A stretch of 41,855 bases of DNA from a virus: positions 1-41,855 of IMG/VR virus record IMGVR_UViG_3300044569_000072; one strand, given 5' to 3'. Below are positions 19,075 to 25,460 of the stretch, piece after piece. The translations under genes and the position numbers were made by a program. The stretch's first letter is position 1, and each line of letters opens with the position of its first letter. A model generated the notes under the pieces. It saw only the letters and a list, made by a program, of their open reading frames with translations, searched no databases and was not told the DNA's origin.

Positions 19075-19151
19075 CGGCGCTGCTAGCCGTGATACTAGCG
19101 CCGGTGCTCGTACCTATACTGATACTAAGGGCACTACTACGCATGATCTAA
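19053..19151 (+). CDS. 32-aa membrane micro-peptide (pep4)
   Basis: MRGHSCLAALLAVILAPVLVPILILRALLRMI. RBS GGAGGGGG lies 7 nt upstream. Overlaps the P4 3' end. Confidence 0.5.
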   Translation: MRGHSCLAALLAVILAPVLVPILILRALLRMI

Positions 19152-19153
19152 CC

Positions 19154-19186
19154 AGGCCCTCGCCCGGACTATCCGAGCGGGGGCCT
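19154..19186 (+). terminator. Hairpin after the plus-strand small-gene cluster
   Basis: aggccctcgcccgg-actat-ccgagcgggggcct forms a 14-bp stem with one mismatch and one G-U pair. No T-run follows, so the call is weak. Confidence 0.35.
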
Positions 19187-19509
19187 ACTCATGCGCATCG
19201 CCCCCGCGCGCCCTGCGACGCCTCCACCACTCGGGGGGGGGACGCGGGGCGCGACCCTTCTCGCGCGGCACGGCCCCGAGCGCTCCCAGTCGCATCTGCG
19301 AATGAGCCATTCTAAGGCGTTCTAAGACTTCGGACTATTCAATATGGACACTTATAGCCATAACCGCGCGCACGCACGCTAGCGTCGTTCCTGACTCTTC
19401 ATGGATGCATCCGCGCACGTCTCGTAGTGCTACGCACGGCTCCGCATGAGCGCCGCGCGCGGCCTGAGAGGTGGAGGCCCGGGCGCTCTGTCGCTCCGCG
19501 TCTCGACAC

Positions 19510-19546
19510 AAAAAAAGGCCCCCGCCAGGTCTCCCCGGCGAGGGCC
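19510..19546 (-). terminator. Rho-independent terminator for the terS operon
   Basis: The minus strand reads GGCCCTCGCCGG-GGAGACCT-GGCGGGGGCC followed by TTTTTTT. Confidence 0.75.
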
Positions 19547-19622
19547 GTGTGTGCGCGCTGGTCGCGCGCCCGATTCCGTACAAATTTGCGCGCAAATGTT
19601 ACTAACTCACTCTCTTATAGGC

Positions 19623-19840
19623 GTGTACCCTGCGCGAAAGTCGCTGCGGCTCCGCACGGCGCGAAAAAAAGTCGCAACCTTCGTCGTGTAGCCCGCGTGA
19701 AAGTCGCTGACCGCGTGTAGGGCGCGCGAAAGTCGCCGCGTAGCCGCCGCGAGAGTCGCGAAAGCCCCCGCAGCTCCACTATTCGGGCGGAGGGGGCGTG
19801 TAGCCCCTCCGAAAGTCGGTGTAGGCCTCGCGAAAGTCGC
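19623..19840. repeat. Array of six 22-bp direct repeats plus one degenerate copy, consensus GTGTAGsCCnnCGCGAAAGTCGC
   Basis: Units at 19623, 19686, 19715, 19738, 19798 and 19819, with a degenerate copy at 19650-19675. Gaps range from 0 to 41 bp. The last unit overlaps the terS stop codon. Confidence 0.85.
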
Positions 19841-20427
19841 TAATCCTTCGGCGGGTCGCGCTCCTCGTCGTCTCCCGGCGGCTCGACGCGCACGTCCTCG
19901 GCCTCCTGCGGGAGCGCCTTCGAGTACTTCTCCTCGAGCTGCTTCCTTGACGGCCCGCGCTCGTCGTCCTCGTGCTTCACGACCGTCTGCGACTCGTCCT
20001 TGTAGTTGAAGTTGTTCTTGCCGAGGAAGATGCCGGTGACGGGGTTGCGGTAGCCGTCGTTCTGGAACGCGAACTCCCACGAAAGCTCTAAAGTTTTAAT
20101 TAATTTTTGCAAAACAGATGCGCTTTCGGGACTTAGCCTGTCTTCTAGCAGGTGACTCCTGCCCTTGGACCAGTCCAACAGGTCCTCTCGTGTGAATCCG
20201 AGGGCCATGCACAGACCGCTGATGAGCACCTTGGAGTGGTGCCGGTCGCACAGATCGAAGTACTCGACGGCGCGCTCGCGCATCGCGTCGGGGTCCGAGA
20301 TGTCGATGGCGGGCATGTCCAGCAGCTCCAGCGAGAACAGGATGGACTCGTGGTTGTTCGCGGGGACCTGCGAGTTCGGCGCGGTGCTGCCGCTGTGCGG
20401 GCGCGGCCCGCTACCCTTGCCGCCCAT
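19840..20427 (-). CDS. terS: Terminase small subunit
   Basis: 195 aa. The segment ...AVEYFDLCDRHHSKVLISGLCMALGFTREDLLDW...TGIFLGKNNFNYKDES matches the YFxxC...GLAxALGF...IFxLKNNFGxKD pattern of Gram-positive phage TerS proteins. RBS AGGAGG. Confidence 0.75.
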   Translation of the reverse strand: MGGKGSGPRPHSGSTAPNSQVPANNHESILFSLELLDMPAIDISDPDAMRERAVEYFDLCDRHHSKVLISGLCMALGFTREDLLDWSKGRSHLLEDRLSPESASVLQKLIKTLELSWEFAFQNDGYRNPVTGIFLGKNNFNYKDESQTVVKHEDDERGPSRKQLEEKYSKALPQEAEDVRVEPPGDDEERDPPKD

Positions 20428-20635
20428 GCATCCTCCTTCGAATGCACCGGCGCTGCGTCGGGACCAGCTGCGCGTACATGCGCTCCGAGACGTCGTTGGT
20501 GGCGTACGAGCCGGAGGGGAGCACGTCGAGCGCGCCCTTGGACGCCAGCGAGGCGCACGCGGAGAGTATGCGGCCGGCGGGCATGTCCTTCACGCCGTTC
20601 CGCGTCGAGTCGTGCAGGTCGGACACCGGGTCCAT
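20411..20635 (-). CDS. Hypothetical protein
   Basis: Very high GC3 in this frame. Start is uncertain: ATG at 20635 or GTG at 20677. The ORF track extension to 20809 overlaps the upstream gene. Confidence 0.35.
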   Translation of the reverse strand: MDPVSDLHDSTRNGVKDMPAGRILSACASLASKGALDVLPSGSYATNDVSERMYAQLVPTQRRCIRRRMHGRQG

Positions 20636-20720
20636 CGGCTCGCCGGGGACGTGGCGCGAGACGACGTTGCGCAGCACGACGGCCTCCGAGACGGTGATTC
20701 CGACGGGCGTCGTGCCGGAC

Positions 20721-21095
20721 CTAGGCGCGCGGCTCCCCCTCGCCGAAGGCGCGGACCCACCCGTCGAGCCACGCGAGGGCGCTGTATGCGAGCTTCTTGG
20801 TCTTGTCATATGGGATTCCCTCCGATGCCGAGATGTCGTGCCAGTCCTCGCCGTAAAGGTAGTGCGCGGAGAGGATTCGCGCGTGCAGCGTGCCGTACCA
20901 AGTCGAGACGACCGAGGCCTCCGCGAACGCGCGGTCGAGGGCGCGCTCGTGGTCGCGTTCGATGCGCGAGCGTCGCGCCATGGGGCCGGGTGAGCGGGCG
21001 GGGGGCCACGACTTCATCGCCTCCAGCTCGTCGGCGTGGGCGCGGTACGAGCGGAAGCGCGCGAGGGATGGCAGGATGTCGCCGACTCGCTGCAT
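20721..21095 (-). CDS. ArpU/RinA-like late transcriptional activator (sigma region-4-like HTH)
   Basis: 124 aa. The segment ...LSAHYLYGEDWHDISASEGIPYDKTKKLAYSALAWLD resembles DUF1492/ArpU regulators. The position just upstream of terS is classic for this family. Confidence 0.55.
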   Translation of the reverse strand: MQRVGDILPSLARFRSYRAHADELEAMKSWPPARSPGPMARRSRIERDHERALDRAFAEASVVSTWYGTLHARILSAHYLYGEDWHDISASEGIPYDKTKKLAYSALAWLDGWVRAFGEGEPRA

Positions 21096-21098
21096 GGG

Positions 21099-21587
21099 TC
21101 ACTCCACCTCCTCGTAGAAGGTCGGGCCGTGGCAGTCGCGCCATAAGCCGTCGGGCATGGCGTCCCCTGCTGGTCTCTTCGCGTCCGTCTCCATGGACCG
21201 GATGACGTTGTCGAGGCACTCGCGAGCCTTCCTGACGTCCTGCAGGCCGCTCTTGCCGGGGAAGCGCCATATGTACTTAAATGCCATCGCGGCCCATGCG
21301 ACCTGCTCGTACGGGAGCGCGGGCGCGGCGCGCTCGTAGCCGACGAGCATCGACCTCAGGGCGCGCTTGGCCTCCACCTCCCCGTCGCCCGCGTAGTGCG
21401 CGGGGCACGTCACGGGGTCGCCCTCGGCGCGACCGTGGATTCTGGGGAGCCGGTTGTGATCCAGCGTCTCCTTGGGCGACCCCACATGAGGCGCGCCATC
21501 ATCATCGGGGGCGTCAGGCGCGCCCGTGCGATTCGTGTACGAGAGCTTCCTGTCCTCGTAGAGGCTGGGCATCTTGAACCGCCTCAT
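21099..21587 (-). CDS. DUF3310-like protein
   Basis: From the ATG at 21587 (RBS GGAAGGGTGG). Contains CPAHYAGDGEVEAKRALRSML...AFKYIWRFPGKSGLQDVRKARECLDNVI, which fits the DUF3310 pattern. Confidence 0.55.
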   Translation of the reverse strand: MRRFKMPSLYEDRKLSYTNRTGAPDAPDDDGAPHVGSPKETLDHNRLPRIHGRAEGDPVTCPAHYAGDGEVEAKRALRSMLVGYERAAPALPYEQVAWAAMAFKYIWRFPGKSGLQDVRKARECLDNVIRSMETDAKRPAGDAMPDGLWRDCHGPTFYEEVE

Positions 21588-21793
21588 TCGTACCACCCTT
21601 CCCTTCTGTTCCAGTCGTCGGGCAGCGTGACCGTCTCGACGCGGTCGACGCCGCTCCTGCGCCCGTCCGAGTCGACCATCGTGCAGCTGTCCTCGCGGGT
21701 CACGTCCGAGTCCGTGCGGGAGCACCTCCACCTCTCGGGGGCGAAGCCGCACGCGTGTCACGCGACGCACGACGAGCAGGACGAGCACGGCAT
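21584..21793 (-). pseudogene. Cys-rich small ORF interrupted by an in-frame TGA at 21758-21760
   Basis: MPCSSCSSCVA-TGA-HACGFAPERWRCSRTDSDVTREDSCTMVDSDGRRSGVDRVETVTLPDDWNRREGWYE. GC3 is high on both sides of the TGA. The ATG at 21793 follows GTGAGG, and the 3' end overlaps the next gene with ATGA. Confidence 0.4.
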
Positions 21794-21801
21794 CGTGGGC
21801 C

Positions 21802-22164
21802 TCACTTCCGCATCTCCCTCGTCTCCTCTCGGTACATCCTCACGTAGCGGCCCATTGTGTTGGGGTGCACGTAGGCCATCCGCGCCGCCTCGGCCCGCGA
21901 GAGCCTGCCCGCCGCGCACCTGCGCACGATGCCCAGCTCCCTCTCGCTCAGGTCGCGGGTGACGGACATGCGCCCGCGCCCGGAGCGGCCCATGGACACG
22001 TGCTCGACCTGGACCGCGCGGCGCTGCCACCTGACGCGCATGCTCGGCGTGGCGTAGGCGCGCACCGTGTCGGCACCTATGCCCAGCGCCCGGCCCACCT
22101 CGGCGGCGGTGCCACGCGCGACCTCTCGCCCGTCGCGGTAGGCGGCGTAGGTGCCGGCGCTCAC
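21802..22164 (-). CDS. HTH DNA-binding protein (two HTH-like segments)
   Basis: About 120 aa from the GTG at 22164 (GTGA overlap with the upstream stop). Contains AAEVGRALGIGADTVRAY and LSRAEAARMAYVHPNTMGRYV. Confidence 0.5.
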   Translation of the reverse strand: MSAGTYAAYRDGREVARGTAAEVGRALGIGADTVRAYATPSMRVRWQRRAVQVEHVSMGRSGRGRMSVTRDLSERELGIVRRCAAGRLSRAEAARMAYVHPNTMGRYVRMYREETREMRK

Positions 22165-22775
22165 GAGGACTCGCCCCCCTTGAAGAACAGCAGCCAGTGC
22201 GTGCCCGACGCCCTCGGCCTGCGGTTGCCCAGCAGCGGAGGCGCTGGGAACAGCGGGCGCAGCTCGGCCAGCCCGACCTGGACGTCGGACCACTTGAAGA
22301 CCAGCGTCCTCTGCGGCCTGAGCACGCGCCAGCACTCGGAGAAGCCGCGCCCCAGCTCGTCTTTCCAGTCGTGGTCGAGGACGCCGTACTTGGTCGCCTG
22401 CCAGCCCGCCCCGCGCGTGAGGTGCGGCGGGTCGAACACCACGAGGGAAAACGTCTCGTCGTCGAACGGCAGGTCGGTAAAGTCGCACACCACGTCCGGG
22501 GCGCACTCGAAGGCGCGCCCGTCGCACAGCGTGGCCACGCGAGGCTCGAGGTCGCACGTCAGGACCTCGGGGTGCTCGCGGAAGTAGAAGCTCTCGCCCC
22601 CGCAGCACGCGTCGAGGACGGGCCTGTCGGCGCTCACGGCTCCACCACCCTCGCGCCGCAGTGGGGGCAGAACCTCGTGTCGGGGTCCCACCTCCATGGG
22701 TCGGCGGCGGTCTTTCTCCCTCTCGTACTCCTCCTTGATTCTGAGCATGTAGCGCTCCGCGCCATCTGGCGTCAT
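22161..22775 (-). CDS. Putative SAM-dependent DNA methyltransferase (N6A/N4C type, DPPH motif)
   Basis: Contains VLDACCGGESFYF (motif I-like) and LVVFDPPHL (motif IV). The 5' end is uncertain: ATG at 22775 or GTG near 22637. See the frame-switch finding. Confidence 0.5.
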   Translation of the reverse strand: MTPDGAERYMLRIKEEYEREKDRRRPMEVGPRHEVLPPLRREGGGAVSADRPVLDACCGGESFYFREHPEVLTCDLEPRVATLCDGRAFECAPDVVCDFTDLPFDDETFSLVVFDPPHLTRGAGWQATKYGVLDHDWKDELGRGFSECWRVLRPQRTLVFKWSDVQVGLAELRPLFPAPPLLGNRRPRASGTHWLLFFKGGESS

Positions 22776-23110
22776 CGGTCCTCGCCCCCCGGCAGAGTCG
22801 CGGCGGCGGTCCACACGAGCACGCAGGGCACCCACTCGATGCCCTCGTACTCGCGGCGGGCGCGCCACTCGTCCTCGGGCTCCTCGCCGTCGTAGGCGAC
22901 GTCCAGGAACTCGACGTAGTCGAAGCCGTCGCGCTCGACGATGTGCTCGCTGACCTCGGCGACCTCCGCTACCTGGGCGCGGCGGACCTCCTGGAACGTG
23001 TATGCGTACTCGTACGGGTCGCACAGGTCGTTGTCCACCATGGCCAGCACCGGCAGCCCCGGGTTGTCCCGGCACAGCTCGGCAAGCTCGTCCGACGTCA
23101 TCGCGCTCAC
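22772..23110 (-). CDS. Acidic hypothetical protein
   Basis: 112-aa ORF with high GC3. GTG start inside GAGTGA. Confidence 0.5.
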   Translation of the reverse strand: MSAMTSDELAELCRDNPGLPVLAMVDNDLCDPYEYAYTFQEVRRAQVAEVAEVSEHIVERDGFDYVEFLDVAYDGEEPEDEWRARREYEGIEWVPCVLVWTAAATLPGGEDR

Positions 23111-23124
23111 TCGGCATCACCTGC
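23107..23124. repeat. 18-bp direct repeat, copy 1 (tcactcggcatcacctgc)
   Basis: Identical to 23820-23837. Contains the stop codon, an RBS-like AGGTGA and the next GTG start. Confidence 0.9.
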
Positions 23125-23823
23125 ATCGACAGCCATGCACGCGAAAGAGCATTCCGGCATGATTTCGGATTCCATATTCCCTCGGCAGGGGTCAAGCTCG
23201 TCGAGATAAACACCGCGTATACAGCTATGGCCGACTTGACGCTCCTGCTTTGCTCGACGGGCGAAAACTTCTGGAAAGTCCTTTCTAATTCTATTCCAGT
23301 AACCCATTCCGCCCTTGACGCAGCCGATGCAGTTGTTGTTTGCATAGCCAAGCTCATACATTTTCGGTCTCTTCAACCCGATCTTATCGGCAATGGCGTG
23401 ATAGTCTGCTTTCGTAAGGCCTCGGTCGATTAGCGGGAACTCGGAGCCAAACTCAGTCGCTTCCGTGATGCGTTTAGCCCTGCGTGCCTCAGTAGCGTCA
23501 TAACCCCAGACATAGGTCAGACCCGGCTGTGCGTTATGTGTCTCCCACGCCTGCCGCACGCGCTTTTTAAGCATTAGCGTACACCGAGCACCATAGGGTC
23601 CATTGATATACTTATCTTTATCAATCACGTTATCTACAGACTGGCCATACTCAAGCGAGCTAACTATTTCGATTTTAAATCCGAGAATCTGCTCGCAATC
23701 AGATAAAAATCGTAAAGAATCAGGATGCTGGTTAATAACATTTATATAGACGCATCGCTCTGGTTTGCTTATATACGCAGCGATTGCAGAAGATACACCT
23801 GCACTAATCCATGCGACTTTCAC
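23107..23823 (-). CDS. PAPS-reductase-like / PP-loop ATPase family protein
   Basis: 238 aa: MKVAWISAGVSSAIAAY (PP-loop-like), ...GARCTLMLKKRV..., ...NNCIGCVKGGMGYW.... Visibly lower GC than its neighbours. Confidence 0.6.
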   Translation of the reverse strand: MKVAWISAGVSSAIAAYISKPERCVYINVINQHPDSLRFLSDCEQILGFKIEIVSSLEYGQSVDNVIDKDKYINGPYGARCTLMLKKRVRQAWETHNAQPGLTYVWGYDATEARRAKRITEATEFGSEFPLIDRGLTKADYHAIADKIGLKRPKMYELGYANNNCIGCVKGGMGYWNRIRKDFPEVFARRAKQERQVGHSCIRGVYLDELDPCRGNMESEIMPECSFACMAVDAGDAE

Positions 23824-23837
23824 TCGGCATCACCTGC
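23820..23837. repeat. 18-bp direct repeat, copy 2
   Basis: Identical to 23107-23124. Confidence 0.9.
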
Positions 23838-24279
23838 CAGGGCCTTGGCGCGGCTGCCCGTCGCGGTAGAAGCTGATGGCCTGTGCCACCTTGCCGATGG
23901 CGTGCGCCCGGCTTATCTCCTGCGCGAGGTCGTCGCCCCTGAGCCCCTCGTCGTCGAGCCGCTCAATCTCGGCGAAGAGGTAGTTGTTAAGGTCGCCCAG
24001 CGTGTTGTTCATGACTTTGTCTCCTCTAGTTCGATTTCCGTTGCCACTCGTGCCGTCGCGCTCGGCCTGCCACGCGTCGATTGCGCGCTTGAGCTGCGGA
24101 ACGAGCAGCTCGATGGCATCGTTCGCCTGGCACGACTCGAAGCCATCCGCGTGCCCGCCGAGCGCGCGGATGAACCCCGAGCCGCTCACGCCTTCGCCGC
24201 GCGCCATGTCCAGCCTCGTCTTAAGCTCGCGCAGCCTCCGCAGCGCGTCGGTCTCGGTGGTGGTGTCTGTGTCGGTCAT
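23830..24279 (-). CDS. Hypothetical protein
   Basis: About 149 aa from the ATG at 24279 (ATGA overlap with the Dcm stop): MTDTDTTTETDALRRLRELKTRL.... Confidence 0.5.
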   Translation of the reverse strand: MTDTDTTTETDALRRLRELKTRLDMARGEGVSGSGFIRALGGHADGFESCQANDAIELLVPQLKRAIDAWQAERDGTSGNGNRTRGDKVMNNTLGDLNNYLFAEIERLDDEGLRGDDLAQEISRAHAIGKVAQAISFYRDGQPRQGPGR

Positions 24280-25460
24280 CTCTCGTCCTCCTCGTGCATC
24301 GTTGACATGATTCGCTCGCCGATCCATCTCATCACGGGCACGGCCATTGAGTTGCCCGTCGCCTTGTATCGCGGAGCGTCGGGGCACTCCTCGGGCGGCT
24401 TCCCGCGCCACGCGATGCGGGTCCAGTCGTCGGGGAAGCCCTGGAGCCGCTCGCACTCCATCGGCGTGAGCCTTCTCACCTGCCACCGCCGCCCTGCATA
24501 GAGCACGTTCGTCGTGCCGTCCGGCGCGTGACAGATGATCGTCCGGTCGTTGCCCGTGGCAAGGGTCTCGGATACGTCAGTCTGCACCAGCGGCCCCTTG
24601 CCGCCGCCGGCCTTGCCCGAGCGCATGCGCAGGGCGTAGGCGGCTATCGGCGGATCCTTGTACTGCCGTGCCATCAGGGTAGGGCACATGTCATCGCACG
24701 TCTCGGCATGGGCCTGACCGCTTGCCATGCAGACGACGCTTTGACCACTGTCCGCGCGCGGCGATGAGCCGAAGCGCGCCGTCAACGTCCCCGCGACCTC
24801 GGGGCCGTACTGGGGCAACGACTGCAAATCCCGGGGCGTCAGGCATCTGCTATCGCTGACAGCACCGGCCCCAGCGGCTCGGGCAAGCTCCTGCCTCTTC
24901 TCTCGGCTCGTTGGATGATCCCGGCACAGGCTCTCTTGCTCAAAAAGTATTTCGGCGGCACGTCCCGCGTCTCCAAGGAATCCGACAAGAAAGAGACGGC
25001 GGCGCCGCTGGGCCACTCCGAAGAACTGCGCGTCCAGAACTCTCCACGCCAGACCGTACCCGAGATCATCCATGCTGCGGAGCAAGCATCCGAAGTCCTC
25101 CCCGTGCGAGCTGCTGAGCGCTCCCGGGACGTTTTCCCAGATAAAGACGCGCGGCATAATCTCACGAACTGCTCGGGCATACTCCCACATGAGTCCGCTT
25201 GCCCCTGCCAAACCCTCCCGCTTTCCGGCGACGCTGAATGACTGACAGGGGCTTCCTCCCACAACGATGTCTGCTGCTCCACGGTATGCGCTCCATTCGA
25301 CTTGAGTGACGTCCCCCAGGTTGGGGACGTCGGGGTAACGTGCGGCGAGGACGGCGCTCGGAAATGGGTCGATCTCGGAGAGGGCAACCGCCTCCCACCC
25401 GAGAGGGCGCCACGCGACGGACGCGGCCTCGATGCCCGAGAAGACGCTGATATATCTCAC
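24276..25460 (-). CDS. dcm: DNA (cytosine-5)-methyltransferase
   Basis: 394 aa with FSGIEA (motif I), GGSPCQSFSVAG (motif IV), ENVPGA (motif VI), QRRRRLFLVG (motif VIII) and TGNSMAVPV (motif X). Confidence 0.9.
   Translation of the reverse strand: MRYISVFSGIEAASVAWRPLGWEAVALSEIDPFPSAVLAARYPDVPNLGDVTQVEWSAYRGAADIVVGGSPCQSFSVAGKREGLAGASGLMWEYARAVREIMPRVFIWENVPGALSSSHGEDFGCLLRSMDDLGYGLAWRVLDAQFFGVAQRRRRLFLVGFLGDAGRAAEILFEQESLCRDHPTSREKRQELARAAGAGAVSDSRCLTPRDLQSLPQYGPEVAGTLTARFGSSPRADSGQSVVCMASGQAHAETCDDMCPTLMARQYKDPPIAAYALRMRSGKAGGGKGPLVQTDVSETLATGNDRTIICHAPDGTTNVLYAGRRWQVRRLTPMECERLQGFPDDWTRIAWRGKPPEECPDAPRYKATGNSMAVPVMRWIGERIMSTMHEEDER

Noticed and set aside
19623-19840. The 22-bp repeat array considered as a CRISPR array
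   Set aside because: Gaps between units range from 0 to 41 bp and two units are directly adjacent. The repeats are imperfect and no cas genes are present. This does not fit CRISPR architecture.
17316-19850. The island between terS and terL considered as a Gin/Hin-type invertible segment controlled by the serine recombinase
   Set aside because: I searched by eye for hix/gix-like 26-bp sites or any inverted repeat pair at the two borders and found none. The only partial look-alike is GGTAAACGATATCGATAA at 17457-17474, and it has no partner.
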